Assembly: GCA_945787845.1 (NCBI GenBank)
Contig: CALZJH010000009.1
Location: forward strand, 35,208 to 99,207
From: an uncultured Woeseiaceae bacterium
GTDB taxonomy: Bacteria > Pseudomonadota > Gammaproteobacteria > Steroidobacterales > Woeseiaceae
Length of the DNA stretch: 64,000 nt
Reading direction: 5' to 3'
The notes below the pieces were generated by a model. It searched no databases. It had not been told where the DNA came from and saw only the letters and a program-made list of their open reading frames with translations. The translations under genes were made by a program, and so were the position numbers. This document shows, piece after piece, positions 30,358 through 39,905 of the stretch (within the stretch, counting starts at the first letter, position 1; each line of letters starts with the position of its first letter).

Positions 30358-31308
30358 ATGAGCGAAACTGTGCTCGTCTACAAGGGACCCGAGATTGCGG
30401 CTTATGGCTTTGGCGATCCGCACCCCTTCGGCACAGATCGCCACGACGTGTTCCATTCCGAACTCGCGCGGGCCGGCCTGGATGCGGACATCGACTTTGG
30501 TCACCCCAGGCCCGCACTCGTTGACGAGCTGGCGCTGTTTCACACCGCCGAATACATCGACAAGGTCTCCCGCCTGTCGGCGACGGGCAAAGGCTGGCTC
30601 GACGATGGCGATACACCGGCTGTAAAAGGTATCTACGATGCGGCGTCGGCCGTTGTCGGCGCGGTCCTGTGTGCGGTCGACGAGCTCATGCACGACAACT
30701 ACAGGCGCGCATTTGTTCCGATTGCCGGTCTCCATCATGCGGCGCGCGACCGCGCGGCCGGCTTCTGTGTGTTCAATGATTGCGGCATTGCTGCCGAGTA
30801 CCTGCGGCGGGAATTCGCTATTCAACGTGTTGCCTATGTCGATATCGACGCACATCACGGGGATGGCGTGTTCTATGGCTTTGAAGAGGACCCCGACCTG
30901 ATCTTTGCGGATATCCACGAGGATGGCCGCTACCTCTACCCGGGCACCGGGCACGCCCATGAAACGGGTAAGGGCAGGGCGAAAGGCACCAAGCTGAATA
31001 TCCCCGTCCCTCCGGGTGCCGACGACAGGGAGTTTCGCCGCGCGTGGGACCAGGTCGAGGCCTACATTGACGCGCAGCGGCCCGAGTTCATACTGATGCA
31101 GTGCGGGGCTGACAGCCTTGAGGGCGATCCGATCACTCATATGGCGTGGACCGAGGATGCGCACGCGTACGCGGCAGCCGCGCTGTGTCGGCTGGCGGAC
31201 AAACACTGCCGGGGGCGCATCATCGGGACCGGCGGAGGGGGGTATAACCGCAGAAACCTTGCCCGTGCCTGGACACGGGTGGTCCGGTCCTTTGTGGAGG
31301 CCGTATAA
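30358..31308 (+). CDS. Histone deacetylase-family (AcuC/acetylpolyamine amidohydrolase-like) protein
   Basis: The HDAC zinc and active-site motifs [18 protein letters not shown] and DIDAHHGDG are present. The start was trimmed to the ATG at 30358. Confidence 0.85.
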   Translation: MSETVLVYKGPEIAAYGFGDPHPFGTDRHDVFHSELARAGLDADIDFGHPRPALVDELALFHTAEYIDKVSRLSATGKGWLDDGDTPAVKGIYDAASAVVGAVLCAVDELMHDNYRRAFVPIAGLHHAARDRAAGFCVFNDCGIAAEYLRREFAIQRVAYVDIDAHHGDGVFYGFEEDPDLIFADIHEDGRYLYPGTGHAHETGKGRAKGTKLNIPVPPGADDREFRRAWDQVEAYIDAQRPEFILMQCGADSLEGDPITHMAWTEDAHAYAAAALCRLADKHCRGRIIGTGGGGYNRRNLARAWTRVVRSFVEAV

Positions 31309-31361
31309 CCCTGTAATATGCCGGCTTTTCCAGCCCCAACCGACCGCGGAGTAACCCCCTG

Positions 31362-32615
31362 ATGTTCGACACCTCGATGACGATCGAGTCCTTCGATCCT
31401 GAAGTAGCCAAAGCCATAGAACTTGAGAACCAGCGCCAGGAAGAGCACATCGAGTTGATCGCCTCGGAGAACTACGCGAGTCCGCGGGTCATGGCAGCCC
31501 AGGGCAGCAAGCTCACCAACAAGTATGCGGAAGGGTATCCGGGAAAACGCTACTACGGCGGTTGCGAGTTCGTGGACAATGTGGAAACCCTGGCCATCGA
31601 GCGCGCCAAAGAGCTGTTCGGTGCTGACTACGCCAACGTACAGCCGCACTCGGGATCACAGGCGAACGGTGCCGTCTATCATGCGCTGGTCGAGCCGGGC
31701 GACACGATTCTCGGCATGAGCCTCAACGAAGGCGGCCACCTGACCCACGGGTCCCCCGTCAACTTCTCGGGCAAGCTGTTCAACGTGGTGCCCTATGGCC
31801 TCGATCCCGAAACCAGCCTGATCGACTACGACCAGGTCCAGGCACTGGCGAACGAACACAAACCGAAAATGATTATTGCGGGTTTTTCGGCATACTCGCA
31901 GATCGCCGACTGGGCACGTTTTCGTGAGATCGCCGACAGCGTGGGCGCCTTCCTGTTTGTAGACATGGCGCACGTTGCGGGGCTCGTGGCGGCAGGCCTC
32001 TATCCAAGCCCCATCCCCCATGCGGACGTGTGCACGACGACGACGCACAAGACGCTGCGCGGACCGCGCGGTGGCCTGATTCTCGCGCGCAAGAACGACA
32101 AATTGACGAAGCGGTTCAACTCGCTGGTATTCCCGGGGACGCAAGGTGGCCCGCTGATGCATGTGATTGCCGCCAAAGCGATCGCACTCAAGGAAGCGCT
32201 CGAGCCCGGGTTCAAGGATTACCAGGCCAAGGTGATCGAGAATGCCAAGGCCATGGCCGACGTTCTCAACGAACGCGGATACCCGATTGTGTCGGGCGGT
32301 ACCGAGAATCACCTGATGCTCGTGAGCCTGATCGAACAGGGCATTACCGGAAAGGCCGCCGACGCGGCGCTGGGCCGTGCCTACATTACCGTGAACAAGA
32401 ATTCGGTCCCGAATGATCCCCAGTCGCCCTTCGTCACGAGTGGCCTGCGCCTCGGCACACCGGCGATAACGACGCGCGGCTTTGGCGTAGACGAAACCCG
32501 GCAGCTCACAGGCTGGATAGCGGATATACTGGACGATCTTGAGAACGAGGAGACGATCGAAAGCGTCCGTCAGCAGGTGCTCGAGCTCTGCGCGAGATTT
32601 CCTGTCTACGGCTGA
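31362..32615 (+). CDS. glyA: Serine hydroxymethyltransferase
   Basis: The 417-aa protein has the PLP-lysine motif [14 protein letters not shown]. Confidence 0.97.
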   Translation: MFDTSMTIESFDPEVAKAIELENQRQEEHIELIASENYASPRVMAAQGSKLTNKYAEGYPGKRYYGGCEFVDNVETLAIERAKELFGADYANVQPHSGSQANGAVYHALVEPGDTILGMSLNEGGHLTHGSPVNFSGKLFNVVPYGLDPETSLIDYDQVQALANEHKPKMIIAGFSAYSQIADWARFREIADSVGAFLFVDMAHVAGLVAAGLYPSPIPHADVCTTTTHKTLRGPRGGLILARKNDKLTKRFNSLVFPGTQGGPLMHVIAAKAIALKEALEPGFKDYQAKVIENAKAMADVLNERGYPIVSGGTENHLMLVSLIEQGITGKAADAALGRAYITVNKNSVPNDPQSPFVTSGLRLGTPAITTRGFGVDETRQLTGWIADILDDLENEETIESVRQQVLELCARFPVYG

Positions 32616-32627
32616 TCGTACTGCCGA

Positions 32628-33146
32628 ATGCATTGTCCGTTTTGTGCCCACGATGAGACCAAGGTCATCGACTCGCGCCTGGCGGGCGAGGGCCGGCAGA
32701 TTCGTCGGCGCAGGCAATGCCTGGCGTGCAACGAACGCTTTACGACGTTCGAGACCGCCGAACTCGTCATGCCGAGGCTGATCAAGAACGACAACAGCCG
32801 CCAGCCGTTCGACGAAAACAAGTTGCGCAACAGCATGGTGCGAGCGCTCGAGAAGCGCCCGGTGCCCAGCGACCAGCTTGAAGAAGCTGTCGGTCACCTG
32901 ATTCACAAGCTCCGCACAATGGGGGAGCGCGAGGTGCCGTCGCGGCTGGTTGGTGAATTTGTCATGGAGGAGCTGCGCGCGCTCGACGAGGTCGCCTACG
33001 TGCGATTCGCATCCGTCTACCGTCGCTTTCAGGACATCACCGAATTCGAAGACGAGATCAGGCGCCTGCAAAAAATCTCCCAGACTGCCGCGAGTCGCGA
33101 ACAAATGTCGCTGCTGCCCGAGCTGCTCGGCAAGAAGAAGGACTAG
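32628..33146 (+). CDS. nrdR: Transcriptional repressor NrdR
   Basis: [17 protein letters not shown]...[10 protein letters not shown] forms a zinc ribbon, followed by an ATP-cone. Confidence 0.95.
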   Translation: MHCPFCAHDETKVIDSRLAGEGRQIRRRRQCLACNERFTTFETAELVMPRLIKNDNSRQPFDENKLRNSMVRALEKRPVPSDQLEEAVGHLIHKLRTMGEREVPSRLVGEFVMEELRALDEVAYVRFASVYRRFQDITEFEDEIRRLQKISQTAASREQMSLLPELLGKKKD

Positions 33147-33325
33147 TGGGCCGCTTGATACATTCATACACTTTCAGAGTGCACAGACAGGGTCAGTGCA
33201 AGGCGCGAGTTGTGGGCATAGCACCGCTATGGCCGCGGCTCGCAACGCCGTACTGGCGCGGTCTGTACGCTCCCTGCGGGCCTACAGCACAGGCTGAAAG
33301 CGTATGAATGTATCAAGCGGCCCAC
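33146..33325. repeat. 180-bp element bounded by 32-bp terminal inverted repeats (MITE-like or long hairpin)
   Basis: GTGGGCCGCTTGATACATTCATACACTTTCAG (33146-33177) is the reverse complement of 33294-33325 at 31 of 32 positions. The two arms flank 116 bp. Confidence 0.6.
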
Positions 33326-33333
33326 CAGCCATG

Positions 33334-34425
33334 TATTCCACAGAAGATTGCACGCATATGGCGCGTGCGCTGCAGCTGGCGGCGCGCGGACGTTACTCGG
33401 CACACCCCAATCCGATGGTTGGTTGCGTGATCGTGCGCGACGGCGAGGTCGTTGGCGAAGGCTGGCACGAGAAGGCCGGAGAAGCGCATGCAGAGATCAA
33501 CGCCCTGCGCGCGGCCGGAGATAAAGCGCAGGGCGCGACAGCCTTTGTTTCACTTGAGCCCTGCGCCCATACGGGCAAGACGCCGCCCTGTGCGGCTGCT
33601 CTGATCGAGGCCGGCATCAAGCGAGTCGTTGCCGCCATGCAGGATCCGTTTGTCGAAGTGGCGGGAACAGGTCTCGACAGGCTGCGCGAAGCCGGAGTCA
33701 CGGTGGATGTAGGTCTGATGCAGTCGTCGGCCGAGACCCTGAATGCCGGATTTGTGGGTCGCGTTTCGGGCGGGCGCCCGCGCGTGCGGCTCAAGATTGC
33801 GGCAAGCCTTGACGGGGCGATCGCGATGGCAAGTGGTGAAAGCCAGTGGATTACCGGTGCCGAAGCCCGTCACGATGTGCAGCGGCTGCGGGCACAGTCC
33901 GGGGCGGTCATGACCGGAATCGGCACGGTCCTGTCTGATGATCCATCACTCAATGTGCGCGCGCGCGATCTCGAAACGCGCGGGCTGCAGCCTCTGCGCG
34001 TTGTTCTCGACAGCCGCCTGCGCATGCCCCTGACGGCGAGGATGCTCACGTTGCCCGGCGCTACGCTGGTCTGCTGTGTGGGCGAACACGACGCCGGACC
34101 GTTGGAGGACGCGGGGGCGGAAGTGCACAAATTCGGCGCTCATGGTGATGCCGTCAACGTCTTCGAGGTGCTGGCGGCGCTGAGTGAGCGCGAGATCAAT
34201 GACGTGCTCGTGGAAGCAGGGCCTCGCCTTGCCGGCTATCTTCTTGAAAAAGAACTCGTTGATGAGCTTGTGATTTACCAGTCACCCCACATAATGGGCT
34301 CCAATACACGCGGCATGTTCGACACACCGACATTGGAAGCGCTGGCGGATCGTAAGGCGCTCGATATCATCGATGTCCGTCGCGTGGGTATCGATACCAG
34401 GATCACGGCAAGCGTTCAGAACTGA
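33334..34425 (+). CDS. ribD: Bifunctional riboflavin biosynthesis deaminase/reductase RibD
   Basis: The deaminase zinc motifs HAEINAL and PCAHTGKTPPC are present, with a C-terminal reductase domain. I prefer the start MYSTEDCTHMARALQLA (33334), because the track start at 33304 lies inside the inverted repeat. Confidence 0.88.
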   Translation, partial: YSTEDCTHMARALQLAARGRYSAHPNPMVGCVIVRDGEVVGEGWHEKAGEAHAEINALRAAGDKAQGATAFVSLEPCAHTGKTPPCAAALIEAGIKRVVAAMQDPFVEVAGTGLDRLREAGVTVDVGLMQSSAETLNAGFVGRVSGGRPRVRLKIAASLDGAIAMASGESQWITGAEARHDVQRLRAQSGAVMTGIGTVLSDDPSLNVRARDLETRGLQPLRVVLDSRLRMPLTARMLTLPGATLVCCVGEHDAGPLEDAGAEVHKFGAHGDAVNVFEVLAALSEREINDVLVEAGPRLAGYLLEKELVDELVIYQSPHIMGSNTRGMFDTPTLEALADRKALDIIDVRRVGIDTRITASVQN

Positions 34426-35063
34426 TGTTTACAGGAATTATCAAAGCCAAGGGCACGATCAAAGCAATGGAGCAGCGCGGCGGCGACGTGCGCCTCTGTG
34501 TTCGCTCGGACGGGCTGCCCTGGTCGGACTACGAACTCGGCGAGAGCATTGCCGTCAATGGCGTCTGCCTGACCGCGGTTGAGCTGTACGAGGACGGTTT
34601 CGACACGGACGTCTCCGTCGAGACCCTCGACGTCACGGCACTCGGCGGGCTCGATATCGGGTCCTCGGTCAATCTCGAACCGGCAATCAGCCTGGGCGAG
34701 CGGCTTGGCGGTCACCTGGTCAGCGGCCACGTGGACTGCACGGGCAAGGTTATGTCACGCACGACCGATGCTCGCTCGATACGTCTGTCGATAGAAATCC
34801 CGAAGGAATACGCTCGCTACGTGGCCAGGAAGGGTTCCGTCTGCGTCGACGGCGTCAGCCTTACCGTCAATGAGGTATCGGGAAACCTGTTTGAATTGAA
34901 TATCATCCCGCACACTGCCGAGGTCACAGTCGTTGACGACTACGCACCCGGTACCGTCGTCAATATCGAAGTGGACTTGCTGGCGCGCTATCTGGAGCGA
35001 CTGCTGGACAAGGACGGCGACGGTATTTCCCTGGAATTTCTAAAGGCTCATGGCTATGCCTGA
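34425..35063 (+). CDS. ribE: Riboflavin synthase (alpha chain)
   Basis: The sequence begins MFTGIIKAKGTI. It has two lumazine-binding repeats and is 212 aa long. Confidence 0.92.
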   Translation: MFTGIIKAKGTIKAMEQRGGDVRLCVRSDGLPWSDYELGESIAVNGVCLTAVELYEDGFDTDVSVETLDVTALGGLDIGSSVNLEPAISLGERLGGHLVSGHVDCTGKVMSRTTDARSIRLSIEIPKEYARYVARKGSVCVDGVSLTVNEVSGNLFELNIIPHTAEVTVVDDYAPGTVVNIEVDLLARYLERLLDKDGDGISLEFLKAHGYA

Positions 35064-36195
35064 CAACCCAACGATGCACCCGAGTGCGGCGACTGCGCCG
35101 TTCAGCGCTATCGAAGACATCATTGCCGACATTGCGGACGGCAAGATGGTCGTGATGGTCGACGATGAAAATCGCGAGAATGAAGGCGACCTGATCATGG
35201 CGGCCTCCAAAGTGCGGCCCGAGGACATCAATTACATGGCCATGCACGGTCGTGGACTGATTTGCCTGACCATGACGCGCGGGCGCTGCAAACAGCTGCG
35301 GCTGCCACTGATGGTCAGCGATACGGACGAGCATCACGCGACCAACTTCACGATCTCCATCGAAGCGGCCGAAGGCATCACTACAGGTATCTCCGCGCAC
35401 GACCGCGCAAGGACGATCCAGGCGGCTGTCGCTGAGGGCGCCAGGCCTGAACACCTGAGCCAGCCGGGACACATTTTCCCGGTGATGGCCCAACCTGGCG
35501 GTGTATTGACTCGCGCCGGGCATACGGAAGCCGGTTGCGACCTCGCACGCCTCGCAGGCCTGGAGCCGGCGGCCGCGATTGTCGAGATCCTGAACGACGA
35601 TGGGACCATGGCGCGCCGGCCCGACCTCGAGAAGTTCGCCCGCGCTCACGGTATTCGCATCGGTACGATCGCGGACCTGATCCGCTATCGCCTCGAGAAA
35701 GAGCGCAATGTGGAGCGCATTGCCGAGAGGTCCATCAGTACCGAGTTTGGCGAGTTCAGGATGTACTGCTACGACGATCTTGTGAATCGTTCGGTCCATG
35801 TTGCGCTCGTTAAGGGCGATCTCGAGAAGGTCGATACACCGCTGGTACGTGTGCATCTCCAGGACACGCTGGGAGACGTCGTCGGCGTGCAGAGCGAGTC
35901 ACTGGGCTGGCCGTTACACAATGCCATCGAGCGAATCAGCGGCGAAGAAGCCGGCGTCATTGTGCTGCTGCGTGACCAGGAAACGTCACGCGACTTTATG
36001 GATGCCGTGGAAAACCTGGGCACACATCGCGATGAGCTCGAAAAGCAGCGTAGCGGCGATTCGGTATTGCGAACCTACGGTATTGGTGCCCAGATCCTGC
36101 GTGACCTCGGTCTCAGCAAAATCCGTGTATTATCAGCGCCTAAACAAATGTACGCGATCTCGGGTTTCGACCTCGAAATCACCGAGTACGTCTGA
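35050..36195 (+). CDS. ribBA: Bifunctional 3,4-dihydroxy-2-butanone-4-phosphate synthase / GTP cyclohydrolase II-like
   Basis: The DHBP synthase motif is MVDDENRENEGDLI. A C-terminal GCHII-like domain follows. Confidence 0.9.
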   Translation: MAMPDNPTMHPSAATAPFSAIEDIIADIADGKMVVMVDDENRENEGDLIMAASKVRPEDINYMAMHGRGLICLTMTRGRCKQLRLPLMVSDTDEHHATNFTISIEAAEGITTGISAHDRARTIQAAVAEGARPEHLSQPGHIFPVMAQPGGVLTRAGHTEAGCDLARLAGLEPAAAIVEILNDDGTMARRPDLEKFARAHGIRIGTIADLIRYRLEKERNVERIAERSISTEFGEFRMYCYDDLVNRSVHVALVKGDLEKVDTPLVRVHLQDTLGDVVGVQSESLGWPLHNAIERISGEEAGVIVLLRDQETSRDFMDAVENLGTHRDELEKQRSGDSVLRTYGIGAQILRDLGLSKIRVLSAPKQMYAISGFDLEITEYV

Positions 36196-36210
36196 CACAT
36201 ACGGCTCAGC

Positions 36211-36684
36211 ATGGACAAAATCAAGATTACAGAAGGCGACCCGATCGTTCGCGACGGACGGTTTGCCATCGTCGCGGCACGGTTTAACGAGTTTATCGTT
36301 GAATCCCTGATCAAGGCTGCGGTGCATTGCCTGCGCCAGCACGGCGCCGATGACGGCAATGTCGAGATCATCCGTGTCCCGGGTGCATTCGAGATGCCGC
36401 TGGCCGTCGACAAGGTTGCCGGGTCTCGCCGCTTTGACGGCATCATTGCGCTGGGCGCAGTGATTCGCGGTGGCACCCCGCATTTCGACTATGTCGCGGG
36501 AGAATGCGTCAAGGGCATCACGGCGGCAGGCCAGCGCCATGGTATTCCTGTGGGTAACGGTGTCCTGACTGTCGACACGATCGAGCAGGCGATAGAGCGC
36601 GCCGGCACGAAAGCGGGCAACAAGGGCGAGGAAGCCACACTCGCCGTTGTCGAGATGGTCAACCTGCTCAGAAAAATCGACTAA
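36211..36684 (+). CDS. ribH: 6,7-dimethyl-8-ribityllumazine synthase
   Basis: The 157-aa protein has ARFNEFIVESL and VPGAFEMP, followed by GAVIRGGTPHFDYV. Confidence 0.95.
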   Translation: MDKIKITEGDPIVRDGRFAIVAARFNEFIVESLIKAAVHCLRQHGADDGNVEIIRVPGAFEMPLAVDKVAGSRRFDGIIALGAVIRGGTPHFDYVAGECVKGITAAGQRHGIPVGNGVLTVDTIEQAIERAGTKAGNKGEEATLAVVEMVNLLRKID

Positions 36685-37139
36685 TGAGCAAACCCTCCCA
36701 GGCCGGAGCAGGCGCCCGCACGCGCGCCCGCGAGTTGATGGTGCAGGCGCTCTATCAGAAGCAGATCGCCGGCCATACGACGGCCGAACTCGTCGCGCAG
36801 TACCATGAAGACACCGCGTACGCGCGCGTGGACCAGGCATTTTTCGACGAGCTGTTTCCCGCGATCAGCAACGGCCAGGAGCACATCGAGAAAAAGATCG
36901 AGAGCCTGATCGACCGGCCGCTGGCACAGCTCGATCCCATCGAATTGTCAATCCTGCTTATCGGCGTACACGAACTCGAAACCCGCATCGACATTCCTTA
37001 CAAAGTCGTCATTAACGAGGGCGTGAACCTCGCCAAGCGCTTTGGATCGACGGACGGACACAAGTACATAAACGCTTGCCTCGACGCTGCTGCGCAATCC
37101 CTGCGCGAGGTCGAGGTGCAAGCCAAAGCCGGTGGATGA
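36684..37139 (+). CDS. nusB: Transcription antitermination factor NusB
   Basis: RARELMVQALYQ and the conserved position after ribH support the call. Confidence 0.93.
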   Translation: MSKPSQAGAGARTRARELMVQALYQKQIAGHTTAELVAQYHEDTAYARVDQAFFDELFPAISNGQEHIEKKIESLIDRPLAQLDPIELSILLIGVHELETRIDIPYKVVINEGVNLAKRFGSTDGHKYINACLDAAAQSLREVEVQAKAGG

Positions 37140-38046
37140 GTTTGAACTGATTCGTCGCTTCTTCTCACGCGACGCGAAGGCAACCGATGTTGGCGTCGGC
37201 GATGACGGCGCCGTGATGACACCAACACCCGGGACACAGCAAGTCCAGGTTATCGACACGCTGGTCGAGGGCGTGCATTTTCCAGCGACTATCACAGCCG
37301 CCGACGTCGGCTATCGGGCAGTTGAAGTTAACCTCTCGGACATTGCTGCGATGGGTGCCCGGCCCCGATGGATGACACTCGCGCTGACCCTGTGGGACAA
37401 GGACGAACTCTGGGTCGAAGACTTCGCGGCCGGGATGTTTGCGGCGGCCGATGAACACGACGTGGTCCTGGTAGGCGGCGATACGACGCAAGGTGACTCG
37501 GTTGTTGTTTCGATCAACATGACAGGTGAAGTGGAAAAGGACGCGGCCCTTTTGCGAAGTGGCGCCAAAGTGGGTGACACCGTGTTCGTCACCGGCACGG
37601 TGGGCGATGCCGCCGCCGGCCTCGAGCTACTCCAGCAGGGAGAACATGATGAATTTCTTGTCGGACGATTCCTGCGACCGACGGCAAGGCTGACGCTGGG
37701 CAGGATGCTCGTCGGCAGAGCGCATGCGGCCATCGACGTCTCGGACGGCCTGGTCGCCGACCTGAGCAAGCTGCTGGCCGCCAGCGCACTGGGTGCGCAA
37801 ATAAACGTCGATGACGTACCGATGTCCCCTGCTTTGATGGCGCGCTTCGATGACGACACGGCGCAGCAGTTTGCCCTCTCCGGCGGTGACGACTACGAAC
37901 TGTGCTTCACGGCGTCGGCGGATGCCGTGGCCGAACTCGACGGCGTCACCGCGATAGGCACAGTGACGGCCGCGGAGGGCCTGGTGTGTCGACGGGGCGG
38001 TGAGATTGTTGACGTCGACGTCAGCGGCTACCGTCATTTCACATGA
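37132..38046 (+). CDS. thiL: Thiamine-monophosphate kinase
   Basis: The sequence reads DEFELIRRFF...GVGDDGAV...GGDTT. It has a GTG start that overlaps the nusB end. Confidence 0.9.
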   Translation: MDEFELIRRFFSRDAKATDVGVGDDGAVMTPTPGTQQVQVIDTLVEGVHFPATITAADVGYRAVEVNLSDIAAMGARPRWMTLALTLWDKDELWVEDFAAGMFAAADEHDVVLVGGDTTQGDSVVVSINMTGEVEKDAALLRSGAKVGDTVFVTGTVGDAAAGLELLQQGEHDEFLVGRFLRPTARLTLGRMLVGRAHAAIDVSDGLVADLSKLLAASALGAQINVDDVPMSPALMARFDDDTAQQFALSGGDDYELCFTASADAVAELDGVTAIGTVTAAEGLVCRRGGEIVDVDVSGYRHFT

Positions 38047-38531
38047 GCGCAGGTCCGGACAATCTCGCACGCACGGTGCTCCGGGACCCGGTGCATTTCC
38101 TCGCGTTCGGCTTCGGCACCGGGCTGATGCCCTTCGCACCGGGCACTTTCGGCTCGATTCCTGGTGTCATCCTGTTCTGGCTGACCATGGATTTCGGAGT
38201 TTATGTTCAATTGGGATTGGTCGCGGCAATGACGCTGGCCGGAATCTGGCTGTGTGGTGAAAGCGCCAGGCGCATTGGCGTGCATGATCATGGTGGCATC
38301 GTCTGGGACGAGATCGTCGGCATGTACTTGACCTTGCTGGTCGCGCCCGTTTCGGTCGTCGGATTCGTACTCGCCTTCGTCCTTTTTCGCGTGATGGATA
38401 TTGTCAAACCGTGGCCGATTCGGGACCTGGATCACAGTATCCATGGGGGTCTGGGAATTATGCTGGACGACCTCGTAGCTGCCCTGTATGCCGCATTGTT
38501 ACTGGCTTTGTATGGGTGGCTAATGACCTGA
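38043..38531 (+). CDS. pgpA: Phosphatidylglycerophosphatase A
   Basis: FGFGTGLMPFAPGTFGS and DIVKPWPI are PgpA family motifs. The gene overlaps thiL by 4 bp. Confidence 0.88.
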   Translation: MSAGPDNLARTVLRDPVHFLAFGFGTGLMPFAPGTFGSIPGVILFWLTMDFGVYVQLGLVAAMTLAGIWLCGESARRIGVHDHGGIVWDEIVGMYLTLLVAPVSVVGFVLAFVLFRVMDIVKPWPIRDLDHSIHGGLGIMLDDLVAALYAALLLALYGWLMT

Positions 38532-38544
38532 ACTGTGAGACAAC

Positions 38545-39849
38545 ATGGCCAGCAAGGTATCTGAACTTACGCGCCCGGCGGACGTGCCCGAGAAGATCGG
38601 TAAATACGTCATCATCAACAAGATCGGCAAGGGCAGCACCGGTACCGTTTACCTGTCTCACGACCCGTACTACCGTCGCGACGTAGCGATCAAGGTCTAC
38701 AACCTCGAAGAAGACGCCGACGCCGAGCGCGCCAAGGTGTCCCGCAAGATGTTCTTCAACGAAGCACACATGGTCGGCATGTTGCAGCACCCTAACATCA
38801 TGCCGATCTACGACGCCGGCGAGGAAGACGGCGCTTACTACGTCGTTACCGAACACATCCAGGGCGCACGCACGCTGGCCGCCTATTGTCGCCCCGATAA
38901 CCTGTTGCGCGTCGATGACGTCGTCGAGATTATCTACAAATGCGCCAAGGCACTGCATTACGCTCACGGTCGTGGCGTCATCCATCGCGACATCAAGCCG
39001 TCGAATGTCATGCTCACGATCGACAACGATGTGCGCATCATCGACTTCGGTATAGCGATTGTCAGCGACTCCGAGGTATCGCGAATCGAAGGCATCGCGG
39101 GTTCACCGAGCTACATGTCGCCGGAGCAGGTCCAGTCGGAGGAACTGACGCCACGCTCTGACCTGTATTCACTCGGCGCCGTCATGTACGAACTGCTGAC
39201 CGGGTTCCGACCGTTCCGTGCCGACAACCTGTCAAAACTGCTGCACCAGATCGTGTATGCAACACCGCCACCGATTCACACGTACCGCGACGATCTTCCG
39301 GAAGAACTCGAGCACGTCGTCATGACGACGATGCAAAAAGAACCGAACAAGCGTCTCACGACGGGCAACGCGATGGCGGCAGAGCTGACGCGTGTTTACA
39401 AGGACCTGCGCCAGAAGTACGACAGCCTCGATAACCAGGAGCATTTTGACCTGCTGCGCACCTTGCACTTCTTCCACGAGTTTTCGCACGCCGAAATCTG
39501 GGAGGTCCTGCGCGCCTCCGACTGGCACGAATACAAGGCTGGCGAAGATATCGTGCGCGAAGGGGAGGTCGACGACCGTTTCTACATTATCGTGTCGGGC
39601 GCGGTTGAAGTGCAGGCCAACGGCACCAGCATCGGCACCTTGAGCAATGGCGACTGTTTTGGCGAGACGAGCTACGTGCGCGGCGCAAAGCGCCAGGCGT
39701 CGATTCGGGCCCAGGGCCAGGTGACGATCCTGCGCGTGAGTTCGACGCTGATGGAACAGGTCTCATCAGCCTGTCAGCTGCGCTTCAACAAGGTTTTCCT
39801 GCGTTCCCTGATCACCCGGTTGCAGGGCAGCGGCGGCGCCAACACCTGA
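38545..39849 (+). CDS. Hanks-type Ser/Thr protein kinase fused to a C-terminal cyclic-nucleotide-binding (CAP_ED) domain
   Basis: Kinase motifs are GKGSTGTVY, VAIKV, HRDIKPSNVML, DFGIA and GSPSYMSPE. The C-terminal cNMP fold reads FYIIVSGAVEV...GDCFGETSYVRGAKRQASIRA (phosphate-binding cassette with Arg). Confidence 0.85.
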   Translation: MASKVSELTRPADVPEKIGKYVIINKIGKGSTGTVYLSHDPYYRRDVAIKVYNLEEDADAERAKVSRKMFFNEAHMVGMLQHPNIMPIYDAGEEDGAYYVVTEHIQGARTLAAYCRPDNLLRVDDVVEIIYKCAKALHYAHGRGVIHRDIKPSNVMLTIDNDVRIIDFGIAIVSDSEVSRIEGIAGSPSYMSPEQVQSEELTPRSDLYSLGAVMYELLTGFRPFRADNLSKLLHQIVYATPPPIHTYRDDLPEELEHVVMTTMQKEPNKRLTTGNAMAAELTRVYKDLRQKYDSLDNQEHFDLLRTLHFFHEFSHAEIWEVLRASDWHEYKAGEDIVREGEVDDRFYIIVSGAVEVQANGTSIGTLSNGDCFGETSYVRGAKRQASIRAQGQVTILRVSSTLMEQVSSACQLRFNKVFLRSLITRLQGSGGANT

Positions 39850-39905
39850 TCACTCGCCAAAGGGCGATACGCACTTACGTATAAACAGCAATTAACCTCC
39901 GCGCG

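Noticed and set aside
30287-30616. 110-codon N-terminal extension of the EttA ORF in the track
   Set aside because: EttA homologs begin at [11 protein letters not shown]. The extension is Arg/Cys-rich, overlaps the divergent HDAC-family gene start and has no support.
31656-33167. 503-aa ORF antisense to glyA/nrdR
   Set aside because: It is a shadow ORF. Its apparent start (MNVSSGP) is created by the left terminal inverted repeat of the 33146-33325 element.
33147-33333. FMN (RFN) riboswitch in front of the rib genes
   Set aside because: The spacer is explained by the inverted-repeat element. I do not see the conserved RFN core, and there is no spacer at all upstream of ribBA (35050).
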